DNA of 32,000 bases from assembly GCF_001457615.1 (NCBI RefSeq), contig NZ_LN831024.1, positions 30,001-62,000 of the forward strand. Reading direction: 5' to 3'. A program made the position numbers and the translations under genes. The stretch comes from Pseudomonas aeruginosa (lineage in GTDB: Bacteria > Pseudomonadota > Gammaproteobacteria > Pseudomonadales > Pseudomonadaceae). This document shows positions 1-10,628 of the stretch, piece by piece. Position 1 is the first letter of the stretch. The number at the start of each line of letters is the position of its first letter. The notes beneath the pieces were generated by a model. That model did not search any database. It worked only from the letters and a program-made list of their open reading frames with translations, and was not told the origin of the DNA.

Positions 1-12
1 GCGCCCTGAGCG

Positions 13-1566
13 TCAGCCTTCGTAGTGCAGGCGGCAGCCTTCGTCGGCCTGCCGGCCCAGCGCTTCGCGGACCTGCGGGCGGGCGTGGCGCAATACCAGG
101 CGGCGGCCCTCGGCGTGCAGGCGGCGGGCTTCCTGCTGCAACAGCACTGCGCCGGCGAAGTCGATGAAGTTCACCTGGCGGGCGTCCAGCACCAGCCGTG
201 GCCTGTCGCATTGGCGCATGAGGCGTTGCAGGTAGTCGCAGGCGCCGAAGAAGATCGAGCCTTCGATGCGCAGCACTTCTTCCTCGTCGTTGCGCTGGCG
301 CAGTACGCGTGGTGTCGAGGTGCGCCGCAGGTAGAAGACCAGCGACGCCAGCACTCCCGCGTAGATGGCGTTCTGCAGCGGCAACAGCAGCGTGGCCAGG
401 GCGGTTAGGCCGGCCACCAGGCATTCGGCGCGGCCGCTGCGGTAGAGCGCGCGGAGCGCCGGGCGGTCGATCAGGCCCCAGGCGATCAGCAGGATGCCTG
501 CGGCCATCGCCGGCAACGGTACATGCTCGATCAGGCGCGCACCGAGCACGGCCAGCAGTGCCACCCAGAGCGCCGAAAACGCACCCGCCAGCGGGGAGCG
601 CGCACCGGCTTCCAGATTCAGCCCGGAGCGGGTGAAGGAGCCCGCCGACAGGCTCGCCGACAGCCAAGGCCCGAGCAGGTTCGACAGGCCCTGGGCGCGG
701 ACCTCCTGGTTGGCATCGAACGCGTCTCCCTGGCGCGCGGCCAGGGCGCGGGCGATCGACAGGCTGGTGACCAGCCCGAGCATGCCGCAGGCCACCGCCG
801 CAGGTAGCAGGTCGAGGATCGATCGGGAATCGAAGACCAGCGGATTCCAGCCCGGCAGTGCGCTCGATAAGGCCTGCACATGGGCTACCGAGGCGAAGGT
901 CCCGGGTAGCGCCCAGACCAGCGTGGCACCGCCCAGCAAGCCAAGCAGCAGGGCCGGCCAGCGCGGTCGCAGGCGCCTGACCAGCAGGCTGAGCGCGAAG
1001 CTGAAGCCGCCCACCAGCAGCGATGGGCCATCGAACTCGGCGAACCGCGCCAGCAGCCGCCAGCCGTTTCCCGGCGCTGCGCCCTCCCCGCTCGCGGCCA
1101 GGCCGAGAAGATAGGGCAGTTGGCCGAGGACGATCAGCAGCGCCGCGCCAAGGGTGAAGCCGAGCATCACCGAATGCGAGACGAAATTGACCAGCGACCC
1201 GACGCGCAGGACGCCGAGCAGCCACTGGAAGGCGCCGGCGAGAAAGGTCAGCAGCAGCACGGCCTGGACGTATTGCGGGCTGCCCAGCGGCGCCAGCGGG
1301 GCCACCGAACTGAACAGCAGCACCGAGATCGCCGCGGTGGGACCGCTCACCAGGTGGCGCGACGAGCCCCACAGGCAGGCGATCGCCACTGGCAGCATCG
1401 CCGCGTACAGGCCGTACTCCGCTGGCAGGCCGGCGATCAGCGCATAGGCCATCGATTGCGGCAGTGCCAGGATTGCGCCATTCAGGCCGACCCAAGCCTC
1501 GCGCCCGAGCATGCCCCGGTGCAGCCCCGGTAGCCAGGCGAGGAACGGCAGCAAGCGCGTCCACAT
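13..1566 (-). CDS. SulP-family anion (sulfate) transporter with C-terminal STAS domain
   Basis: 517-aa ORF with many hydrophobic segments, then a soluble C-terminal STAS-like region (EVLRIEGSIFFGACDYLQRL...LVLDARQVNFIDFAGA). Only 4 nt separate it from the upstream binding-protein gene, which suggests an operon. I recall this as PA0029-like. Confidence 0.85.
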   Translation of the reverse strand: MWTRLLPFLAWLPGLHRGMLGREAWVGLNGAILALPQSMAYALIAGLPAEYGLYAAMLPVAIACLWGSSRHLVSGPTAAISVLLFSSVAPLAPLGSPQYVQAVLLLTFLAGAFQWLLGVLRVGSLVNFVSHSVMLGFTLGAALLIVLGQLPYLLGLAASGEGAAPGNGWRLLARFAEFDGPSLLVGGFSFALSLLVRRLRPRWPALLLGLLGGATLVWALPGTFASVAHVQALSSALPGWNPLVFDSRSILDLLPAAVACGMLGLVTSLSIARALAARQGDAFDANQEVRAQGLSNLLGPWLSASLSAGSFTRSGLNLEAGARSPLAGAFSALWVALLAVLGARLIEHVPLPAMAAGILLIAWGLIDRPALRALYRSGRAECLVAGLTALATLLLPLQNAIYAGVLASLVFYLRRTSTPRVLRQRNDEEEVLRIEGSIFFGACDYLQRLMRQCDRPRLVLDARQVNFIDFAGAVLLQQEARRLHAEGRRLVLRHARPQVREALGRQADEGCRLHYEG

Positions 1567-1570
1567 GGCG

Positions 1571-2494
1571 CTATGGCTGGCCGCGAACCGCGGCCAGGGC
1601 GTCGCCGCCGTCGCGGCTGGTCACCCCTTGCAGCCAGGCCTCGAGCACCCGCGGGTTGGCCTTGAGCCAGGCGCGGGTCGCCGAGGCCGGAGTCGCCGTG
1701 CCTTCCAGCGCGTCGCTCATCAGGCGGTTCTCCATGTCCAGGTCGAAGCGCAGGTTGGCCAGCAGCCGCGCCGGGTTCGGGCACTGCGCGGCGTAGCCCT
1801 TGCGTGCCAGGGTGTAGACCTGGCCGCGGTCGCCGAAGTACTGCTCGCCGCCTTCCAGGTAGCGCAGGTCATGGCGGATGTTCATCGGGTGCGGCGTCCA
1901 GCCGAGGAACACCAGCCAGCGCTGGCGCTTCTCGGCCCGGCCGAGTTCGGCGAGCATCGCCTGCTCGCTGGACTCCACCAGCTTCCAGTCGCCGAGGCCG
2001 AACTGGTTGGCGTCGATCATCTTCTGGATCGACTGATTGGCCGGCGCGCCGGAGCCGATCCCGTACAGCTTGCGGTTGAAGCGTTGCCCTTGCGCGGCGA
2101 GGTCCTCGAAGCGGTGTACGCCGGCGTCCCAGACGTAGCGCGGCACCGCCAGGGTGAAGCGGGTGCCGTCGAGGTTGCGACCGAGGCGTTCGACCTGGCC
2201 GCTGGCGACGAACTTGTCGTGATAGTCCTGGTGCGCGGGCATCCAGCCGCCGAGGAAGGCGTCCACCTGGCCGTCGCGCAGGCCGCCATAGATGATCGGC
2301 ACCGACAGGGTATCGATCTTCACCTGGTAGCCGAGGCTTTCCAGGAGAAACGCGGCAGTGGCGTTGGTTACCGCGATATCGCTCCAGCCTGGATCGGCCA
2401 GCCTGACGCGGGCACAGGCGGGGTCTTCGGCGTATAGCGAGGCGCTGCCCAGGAACAGGGTGGCGGCCAGCAGGCAGGTGGGAAGCCGGTTCAT
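1571..2494 (-). CDS. Periplasmic substrate-binding protein, glycine betaine/choline (OpuAC) type; probably binds choline-O-sulfate
   Basis: The track ORF 1571..2587 has an internal Met at codon 32 (ATG at 2494..2492 on the minus strand) that opens a typical signal peptide, MNRLPTCLLAATLFLGSASLYA. The mature part resembles OpuAC/ChoX-type binding proteins. It lies between betC and the SulP gene. The upstream extension lacks a signal peptide and overlaps the betC 3' end. Confidence 0.8.
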   Translation of the reverse strand: MNRLPTCLLAATLFLGSASLYAEDPACARVRLADPGWSDIAVTNATAAFLLESLGYQVKIDTLSVPIIYGGLRDGQVDAFLGGWMPAHQDYHDKFVASGQVERLGRNLDGTRFTLAVPRYVWDAGVHRFEDLAAQGQRFNRKLYGIGSGAPANQSIQKMIDANQFGLGDWKLVESSEQAMLAELGRAEKRQRWLVFLGWTPHPMNIRHDLRYLEGGEQYFGDRGQVYTLARKGYAAQCPNPARLLANLRFDLDMENRLMSDALEGTATPASATRAWLKANPRVLEAWLQGVTSRDGGDALAAVRGQP

Positions 2495-2510
2495 GGAAGT
2501 GCCCTCGTGC

Positions 2511-4022
2511 TCAGGGTTGCGGGAAGCGCGCGCGGCGCTCGAGATCGTCCAGGTCGATATGGTTGCGCATGTACTGCTGGCTTGCATCGACCCACGGCTG
2601 GTGGTCCCAGCTGGCCAGCCGTCCTCGCGCCAGCGCGGCGGCCACCAGGCGTCGGCGGCGCTGGCTGTCGAGTACGGCGCGGGTGATCGCGGGGATGTCC
2701 CAGCGTCGCCGGGCCTCGTCGAGGAACGCCTCGAACGTTCCGCGATGGGCCGGACTGGCGGCGAGGTTCTCGCGCTCCTGCGGGTCGTTGCGCAGGTCGT
2801 AGAGCAGGCAGGGGTCCTGCTCGGAGTAGATGAACTTGTAGTCGCCGCGGCGGATCATCATCAGCGGGCTGAGGGTGCCCTCGGCGGTGTATTCGCCGAT
2901 CACCTCGTCATGCCCGCTGCCGTCGCGCAGGTGCGGCAGCAGCGAGCGGCCTTCCAGCGGCAGGCGTGGATCGACCTGGCCGCCGGCCAGCTCCACCAGG
3001 GTCGGCAGCAGGTCCACGGTGGATACCGAAGCGCCGATGCGGCGCGGCGCGAAGCGCGCCGGCGCATGGACCAGCAGCGGCACGCGCGCGGCCATCTCGA
3101 ACCAGTGCATCTTGTACCAGAGGCCGCGCTCGCCGAGCATGTCGCCATGGTCGCCGGAGAACACCACGATGGTGTCGTCGGCCAGCCCGCATTCCTCCAG
3201 GGTCGCCAGCAGCGCACCGATCTGCGCGTCGACGTAGCTGCAGGCGCCGAAGTAGGCACGCCGGGCGGCGCGGATGCGCTCCTCGGGCAACGGCTTGTCC
3301 CACAGGTCGATGACCTTCAGCAGGCGTTGCGAATGAGGGTCCTGCTCCTCCTGGGCGAAGCGCTGGCGCGGCAGCGGGATGTCCTCGTCGCGGTAGAGAT
3401 TCCAGTAGCTCGCCGGGATGCTGTAGGGGTCGTGCGGATGGGTCATCGACACGGTCAGGCAGAATGGCTGGCCGGCGTGCTGGCGAACATGGTCGTAGAG
3501 GTACTGGCGGGCCTTGAACACCACCTCCTCGTCGAAGTCCAGCTGGTTGGTGCGCACGCAGGGACCGGCCTGCAAAACCGAGGACATGTTGTGGTACCAG
3601 CTCGGGCGCACCTCCGGCTCGTCCCAGTTCACCGCCCAGCCATAGTCCGCCGGATAGATGTCGCTGGTCAGGCGTTCCTCGTAGCCGTGCAACTGGTCGG
3701 GACCGCAGAAGTGCATCTTGCCCGACAGCGCCGTGCGATAGCCGAGGTTGCGCAGGTAGTGGGCGTAGGTGGGGGTATCGGCGGCGAAGTCGGCAGCGTT
3801 GTCCCAGGCGCCGATGCGGGTAGGCAAGCGACCGCTGACCAGGGTGAAGCGCGACGGCGCGCAGAGCGGGCTGTTGCAGTATGCCGAGTCGAACACCACG
3901 GCCCGTTCGGCGAGGCGCGAGAGGTGAGGCATGCGCAGCGCCGAGCGCGGATCGTGAAGCGGCAGCAGCGGCGCGGCCATCTGGTCGGCCATGATGAACA
4001 GGATGTTCGGCGAGGTCTTCAT
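2511..4022 (-). CDS. betC: Choline sulfatase
   Basis: 503-aa ORF with the type I sulfatase signature C-x-P-x-R (SPLCAPSRFTLVSG, the formylglycine site) and an N-terminal PNILFIMADQ metal-binding motif. Context is a binding protein plus a divergent LysR regulator. Confidence 0.85.
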   Translation of the reverse strand: MKTSPNILFIMADQMAAPLLPLHDPRSALRMPHLSRLAERAVVFDSAYCNSPLCAPSRFTLVSGRLPTRIGAWDNAADFAADTPTYAHYLRNLGYRTALSGKMHFCGPDQLHGYEERLTSDIYPADYGWAVNWDEPEVRPSWYHNMSSVLQAGPCVRTNQLDFDEEVVFKARQYLYDHVRQHAGQPFCLTVSMTHPHDPYSIPASYWNLYRDEDIPLPRQRFAQEEQDPHSQRLLKVIDLWDKPLPEERIRAARRAYFGACSYVDAQIGALLATLEECGLADDTIVVFSGDHGDMLGERGLWYKMHWFEMAARVPLLVHAPARFAPRRIGASVSTVDLLPTLVELAGGQVDPRLPLEGRSLLPHLRDGSGHDEVIGEYTAEGTLSPLMMIRRGDYKFIYSEQDPCLLYDLRNDPQERENLAASPAHRGTFEAFLDEARRRWDIPAITRAVLDSQRRRRLVAAALARGRLASWDHQPWVDASQQYMRNHIDLDDLERRARFPQP

Positions 4023-4121
4023 CGGGCGGCTTATCCCATGCGATTGGGTTATGCGATAGTGCTGCGTCGATCATCAGTGCATCGAAATCCCTGGTAAACC
4101 GCATGGGGCTGGATGCGTTGG

Positions 4122-4136
4122 ATAAGCCGGGCTTAT
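4122..4136. promoter_or_regulatory. Candidate LysR-type (T-N11-A) operator in the betC / LysR divergent region
   Basis: Dyad ATAAGCC-G-GGCTTAT, which contains T-N11-A. It sits in the 127-bp divergent intergenic region, 14 nt upstream of the LysR ATG. A related half-site GGCTTAT occurs at 4028..4034. Confidence 0.35.
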
Positions 4137-4149
4137 GTGAGAACACCTC

Positions 4150-5049
4150 ATGCCGCCATCCCTCGACCTGCTCCGGGTATTCGAGTCCGCCGCCCGCCAA
4201 CTCAGCTTCACCGCTGCCGCCGAGGAACTGGGGACCACCCAGCCTGCGGTCAGCCAGCAGATCAAACGCCTGGAGAAAGAGCTGGCGACCCCTCTGTTCC
4301 AGCGCGTTCATCGAGGCATCGTGCTCACCGACGCCGGCCAGCTTCTGCTCCGCCACGTGGCCGCCGGCCTCGAGACGATCGATGCCGGCATCGCCGCGCT
4401 GGGCGCGCGCCAGCGCCACGAGGTGCTCCAGGTGGCCACCGACTACGCCTTCGCTGCCTACTGGCTGATGCCGCGCCTTCCGCGCTTCCATCAGGCCCAT
4501 CCGCACCTGGACGTGAGCCTGGTGACCAGCGAGCGCGGCCTGGCCGGCCAGCGCGGCGATATCGACGTGGCGATCCTGTTCGGCGACGGTCGTTCCAAGC
4601 ACGGCGAAGCGCACCGGCTGTTTCGCGAGGAGGTGTTCCCGGTCTGTAGCCCGCGGCTGGTCGAGGGATTGCAGTTGCCGCTGGCCAAGGCGCACCTGGC
4701 GCGCCTGCCGATGCTGCATCTGAAGCCGGCGCAGCACGCCCGCTGGTTCGACTGGCCGGCGTTGTTCGAAGCGTTGGCCATCGATCGGCAGCCGATTCCG
4801 GCGGTGCTCAGCTTCGACAACTACACCTTGCTGATCCAGGCGGCCATCGCCGGCCAGGGCGTGGCCATCGGCTGGCGCCACCTGGTCGACGGCCTGCTCG
4901 AACAGGGGCTGCTTTGCCGGCCCATTGGCGAGAGCTGCCTGTCGCGATACGGGTACTATGCGGTATTGCCGGAGCGCAAGCGGCGCCAGCGGCTGGTCGA
5001 CGGTTTCGTCGACTGGCTGCAGGCCGAGTTGCAGGCCGGCGGCGCTTGA
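4150..5049 (+). CDS. LysR-family transcriptional regulator, likely controlling the divergent betC operon
   Basis: 299-aa ORF. The N-terminal wHTH (FTAAAEELGTTQPAVSQQIKRLEKEL) is typical of LTTRs, and it has a C-terminal co-inducer domain. It is divergent from betC. Confidence 0.9.
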   Translation: MPPSLDLLRVFESAARQLSFTAAAEELGTTQPAVSQQIKRLEKELATPLFQRVHRGIVLTDAGQLLLRHVAAGLETIDAGIAALGARQRHEVLQVATDYAFAAYWLMPRLPRFHQAHPHLDVSLVTSERGLAGQRGDIDVAILFGDGRSKHGEAHRLFREEVFPVCSPRLVEGLQLPLAKAHLARLPMLHLKPAQHARWFDWPALFEALAIDRQPIPAVLSFDNYTLLIQAAIAGQGVAIGWRHLVDGLLEQGLLCRPIGESCLSRYGYYAVLPERKRRQRLVDGFVDWLQAELQAGGA

Positions 5050-5059
5050 AGAGGTGACG

Positions 5060-5437
5060 ATGAACGAGTATTCCACCCCCCGCATCCAGGGCTTCCATGC
5101 TCACGTCTATTTCGATGCGCAGAGCATCGAGCGAGCCCGCGCCCTTTGCGAAGAGGCGGCGCGGCGCTTTCCGCTGAAGATGGGGCGGGTCCATGAGCGG
5201 CCGGTAGGGCCGCATCCGGACTGGAGCTGCCAGCTGGCGTTCGCTCCCGAGGTGTTCGGCGAGCTGGTGCCCTGGCTGGCCATCCATCGGCAGGACCTGG
5301 TGGTGTTCATCCACCCGGTTACCGGCAACGATCTGCTCGACCATCGCGACCGAGCCATCTGGATGGGAGCCATTCGCCCGCTGGACCTGTCGATCCTGGA
5401 CGAAGGCCCGCAACGCTATGACTTCGCCGTGCCTTGA
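5060..5437 (+). CDS. DOPA 4,5-dioxygenase-family small protein
   Basis: Internal ATG at 5060 preceded by GAGGTG. The 125-aa product starts MNEYSTPRIQGFHAHVYFD...GRVHERPVGPHPDWSCQLAF...VFIHPVTGNDLLDH, which matches my memory of the DOPA-dioxygenase family (PF08883-like). The longer track ORF from 4925 overlaps the LysR gene and is rejected. Confidence 0.6.
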   Translation: MNEYSTPRIQGFHAHVYFDAQSIERARALCEEAARRFPLKMGRVHERPVGPHPDWSCQLAFAPEVFGELVPWLAIHRQDLVVFIHPVTGNDLLDHRDRAIWMGAIRPLDLSILDEGPQRYDFAVP

Positions 5438-5781
5438 GGCGCGGTCATCGTCATCCAGTCGTGCAGTTCGCATTGCAGCTCGCCCAGTGCCGTCACCAGG
5501 TCGTCGACGGCATCGGCGAGCTTGCGCACGGAGCTTTCGCCGCAGGCGATCTCCAGTTGGTGGCAGGCGCGTTCCACGGCGTGGGCGTGGATCAGCGAGG
5601 CCATGCCCGCCAGGCGGTGCGCCAGCTCGTTGAGTTCCTGGGTCTGCTCGCGCTCCTGGGCGCGTCGCAGCTTGCGGGTGTCTTCGTTGTTGCTGGTCAT
5701 CAGCTGCGCGACGAGCAGGCGGCTGATCTCCGGTTGGTTGGCGCGGTCGCCCAGGGCGGCGGTCAGGTCGAACGTTCGCAT
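5416..5781 (-). CDS. hptC: Histidine phosphotransfer (Hpt) protein
   Basis: 121-aa helical protein with an Hpt-like phospho-His motif (ELAHRLAGMASLIHA). A GAGGA RBS lies upstream. It starts 7 nt after the response-regulator stop. I recall this position as hptC (PA0033). Confidence 0.7.
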   Translation of the reverse strand: MRTFDLTAALGDRANQPEISRLLVAQLMTSNNEDTRKLRRAQEREQTQELNELAHRLAGMASLIHAHAVERACHQLEIACGESSVRKLADAVDDLVTALGELQCELHDWMTMTAPQGTAKS

Positions 5782-5788
5782 GGGATCC

Positions 5789-6412
5789 TCAGATCAGCTC
5801 GTGGCGGCGGGCGAAATCGATCAGGCCGGCCAGGGAATGGGCGTTGAGTTTCAGCATGATGCGTGACTTGTAGGTGCTCACGGTTTTCTCGCTGAGGAAC
5901 AGCTGCTGGGCGATGGCCTTGTTGGTGTTGCCGTTGGCCAGGTACTGCAGCACGGTCATCTCGCGGTCGGAAAGGCTTTCCAGCATGCGGGCCTCGTTGT
6001 CGCGGCTCTGCTGGTTGATGCTGCGCAACGCCCCGGTGGGGAAGTGGATGTAGCCGGCCAGCACGGCCTTGGCGGCGAGCAGCAGCTCGGAGAGGTTTTC
6101 CCTTTTGCTGACGAAGCCCATGGCGCCGGCCTGCAGGCAGCGCGGGGCGAACTGCGCCGGATTCTGCCGGGTCAGGACCAGGACCTTGGTGTCCAGCTTC
6201 AGGGACTTCAGGCGGGCTATCACTTCGAGACCGTCGATCTTGGGGATGCCGATGTCCAGGATGGCCAGGTCGGGAGACTTCTTGCGGGCTACCTGCAGGG
6301 CTTCGGCACCGTTGTCGGCCTCGCCGACGATGGTGAAACCGTCGCGCTCGAACAGCAAGCGCACGGCCAGGCGGATAGCGGGATGATCATCGACGATCAG
6401 CACCTTACTCAT
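5789..6412 (-). CDS. NarL/FixJ-family two-component response regulator (REC + LuxR HTH)
   Basis: 207 aa. Receiver domain (MSKVLIVDDHP...DLAILDIGIP...) plus a LuxR-type HTH (LSDREMTVLQYLANGNTNKAIAQQLFLSEKTVSTYKSRIMLKL). Confidence 0.9.
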   Translation of the reverse strand: MSKVLIVDDHPAIRLAVRLLFERDGFTIVGEADNGAEALQVARKKSPDLAILDIGIPKIDGLEVIARLKSLKLDTKVLVLTRQNPAQFAPRCLQAGAMGFVSKRENLSELLLAAKAVLAGYIHFPTGALRSINQQSRDNEARMLESLSDREMTVLQYLANGNTNKAIAQQLFLSEKTVSTYKSRIMLKLNAHSLAGLIDFARRHELI

Positions 6413-6547
6413 GCGAACCTTCTTTGAATGCGTTGGCTATTTGGGTGAGGCGCTATTCAAGGCTTCGGCAGAGTCGGCGGACAATAAGACGTTTCTGAAA
6501 GTGACCGTGAATTTTTCCTCACGGTTCTGGCAGCGTGCAACGCAAGG

Positions 6548-6575
6548 CCAGGCGCAGCGGGTTGCCTGCGCCTGG
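6548..6575 (-). terminator. Candidate stem-loop downstream of trpA
   Basis: Perfect 10-bp inverted repeat CCAGGCGCAG/CTGCGCCTGG with an 8-nt loop, about 25 nt after the trpA stop. A second hairpin ACCGTGA/TCACGGT lies at 6504..6525. There is no clear U-tract, so confidence is low. Confidence 0.35.
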
Positions 6576-6597
6576 AGAATGCCGCTGTCAGGGTCTG

Positions 6598-8712
<2,115 letters not shown>

Positions 8713-9600
8713 ATGAGCCGCGACCTGCCCTCCCTGAATGCCCTGCGCGCTTTCGAAGCCGCTGCCCGGTTGCACAGCATCAGCCTGGCGGCCGAGGAAC
8801 TGCACGTTACCCATGGCGCCGTGAGCCGGCAGGTGCGGTTGCTCGAGGACGATCTCGGGGTGGCCCTGTTCGGCAAGGATGGACGCGGCGTAAAACTCAC
8901 CGATTCCGGCGTTCGCCTGCGTGACGCCTGCGGCGATGCGTTCGAGCGACTGCGTGGCGTCTGTGCCGAGCTGCGCCGGCAGACCGCCGAGGCCCCGTTC
9001 GTCCTCGGCGTACCCGGCAGCCTGCTGGCGCGCTGGTTCATCCCGCGGCTGGACCAGCTCAACCGTGCCCTCCCCGACCTGCGCCTGCAACTGTCCACCA
9101 GCGAGGGCGAGTTCGATCCGCGTCGTCCCGGCCTGGACGCCATGCTCTGGTTCGCCGAGCCGCCCTGGCCGGCGGACATGCAGGTCTTCGAACTGGCGCC
9201 CGAGCGCATGGGCCCGGTGGTCAGCCCGCGCCTGGCGCAGGAAACCGGCCTGGCCCAGGCGCCCGCCGCGCGGCTGTTGCAGGAGCCGCTGCTGCATACC
9301 GCCTCGCGACCCCAGGCCTGGCCGGCCTGGGCCGCGAGCCAGGGGCTGGCGGCGGAGGCGCTGCGCTATGGCCAGGGGTTCGAGCATCTCTACTACCTGC
9401 TGGAAGCGGCGGTGGCGGGCCTCGGCGTGGCCATCGCCCCGGAGGCGCTGGTCCGCGACGATCTCGCCGCGGGCCGCCTGGCGGCGCCCTGGGGCTTCAT
9501 CGAGACCGATGCGCGCCTGGCCCTGTGGGTACCGGCACGCCTCCACGATCCGCGTGCCGGGCGCCTGGCGCAATGGTTGCGGGAGCAGTTGGCAGGCTGA
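8713..9600 (+). CDS. trpI: LysR-family activator of trpBA
   Basis: 295 aa with an LTTR HTH ([35 protein letters not shown]). It is divergent from trpBA. Confidence 0.9.
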   Translation: MSRDLPSLNALRAFEAAARLHSISLAAEELHVTHGAVSRQVRLLEDDLGVALFGKDGRGVKLTDSGVRLRDACGDAFERLRGVCAELRRQTAEAPFVLGVPGSLLARWFIPRLDQLNRALPDLRLQLSTSEGEFDPRRPGLDAMLWFAEPPWPADMQVFELAPERMGPVVSPRLAQETGLAQAPAARLLQEPLLHTASRPQAWPAWAASQGLAAEALRYGQGFEHLYYLLEAAVAGLGVAIAPEALVRDDLAAGRLAAPWGFIETDARLALWVPARLHDPRAGRLAQWLREQLAG

Positions 9601-9700
9601 GCGCTGGCGATTTGCTGCACTTTTCCGGCTCGGCTAGTGTCCATTGAACAGAGGCGCCCGCCGGGCGCGAAGAACCAGGCATCGTCCGGGGAGAGAGTTC

Positions 9701-9916
9701 ATGTCCAATCACCACACCTACAAGAAGATCGAACTGGTCGGCTCGTCCAAGACCAGCATCGAGGACGCCATCAACAACGCCCTCGCCGAAGCGGCGAAGA
9801 GCATCCAGCATCTGGAATGGTTCGAGGTGGTGGATACCCGCGGGCACATCGAGAACGGCGCCGTCGGCCATTACCAGGTGACCCTGAAAGTAGGGTTCCG
9901 TATCGCCAATAGCTGA
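9701..9916 (+). CDS. Dodecin-family flavin-binding protein
   Basis: ATG at 9701 preceded by GGAGAG. The 71-aa product [68 protein letters not shown] matches the dodecin pattern. The track ORF's 5' extension from 9644 is unsupported. Confidence 0.8.
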   Translation: MSNHHTYKKIELVGSSKTSIEDAINNALAEAAKSIQHLEWFEVVDTRGHIENGAVGHYQVTLKVGFRIANS

Positions 9917-10106
9917 TGGCACCCTGGAAACCTGTCCACGATCGCCTGCGCCCTGGAAAGGCCGCCGTGTCTTTCCGCTTCGCCGGATCATGCACAGGCT
10001 ATGAGGGCGGCGTGCCTCCATGGGCGGCGCGCTCGTCTCAACCTTGCCGCATTTGGCAAGCCTGACCCGTTCGGGTCTTCATCCATGCAACGAGGGAATG
10101 TGTTCA

Positions 10107-10327
10107 TGAAGAAGTTGATGTTGGCAGTCGGCCTGTTTGCCGTGGCGGGCAGCGCATTCGCCGCCAAGCCCTGTGAGGAACTGAAAGCCGAGATCGATGC
10201 GAAGATCAAGGCCAACGGCGTTCCTGCCTACACCCTGGAAATCGTCGACAAGGGCAGCGTCACCGACAAGAAGGTAGTCGGCACCTGCGACGGCGGCACC
10301 AAGGAAATCGTCTACCAGCGCGGCTGA
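10107..10327 (+). CDS. Small secreted DUF1161-family protein
   Basis: ATG at 10107 after GAGGGA. The 73-aa product has signal peptide MKKLMLAVGLFAVAGSAFA and mature part AKPCEELKAEIDAKIKANGVPAYTLEIV..., as in DUF1161 proteins. Confidence 0.75.
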
Positions 10328-10354
10328 TGCAGCGCCTGCGACGAGCAGTATCCG

Positions 10355-10391
10355 GGGCCGGCTTTCCCATGGGAGCCGGCCCTTTCTTTTT
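10355..10391 (+). terminator. Rho-independent terminator after the DUF1161 gene
   Basis: 9-bp GC-rich stem GGGCCGGCT/AGCCGGCCC (10355..10363 and 10374..10382) followed by TTTCTTTTT. Confidence 0.8.
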
Positions 10392-10603
10392 GCCGCGATG
10401 AGTACCCTGCCAACGATGGGTCTTGTTGCAGTTCGTCGAGAAAGCGTGCCATCTAACGGATTAATCCAAAAGTCTGTGTTAGGTTTTTCGGCACGCCCAG
10501 ATGGCCTTGTGCCTTACCTCCGGATTGTCCGACTCATGGAAGACGGATTTCGGAATATTCCTGCTTACCCGCTGTAGCCGCTGGGCCAACATCGCGCCTT
10601 TCT

Positions 10604-10628
10604 GTATTTCAAGGAATGAAATCGTGGC
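10604..10628 (+). promoter_or_regulatory. GGA-loop hairpin overlapping the cdiB SD and GTG start; candidate RsmA/CsrA-type site (motif copy 1)
   Basis: GTATTTCAAGGAATGAAATCGTGGC. ATTTC/GAAAT form a 5-bp stem around loop AAGGAAT, and the GTG at 10624 follows directly. Copy 2 at 30410..30434 is 24/25 identical. Several more GGA motifs lie upstream in 10440..10600. Confidence 0.45.

Noticed and set aside
2358-5085. Long ORFs 2358..4097 (+, 579 aa) and 2908..5085 (-, 725 aa) overlapping betC and the LysR gene.
   Set aside because: They are antisense or off-frame to genes with clear family signatures (the sulfatase CxPxR motif, the LTTR HTH). Their products are Arg/Ala/Pro-rich with no motifs.
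9917-10106. Short hairpins (GGAAAG...CTTTCC at about 9955..9976; TTGCC...GGCAA at about 10043..10058) between the dodecin and DUF1161 genes as a terminator or sRNA.
   Set aside because: The stems are only 5-6 bp with no U-tracts. That is not enough to call a terminator or RNA gene.
10501-10623. ATG at 10501 as the cdiB start, giving the 603-aa version.
   Set aside because: The extra 41 residues have no signal-peptide character and there is no SD. The GTG at 10624 has AAGGAA upstream and yields a proper signal peptide. It is kept as an alternative because I cannot verify the start.
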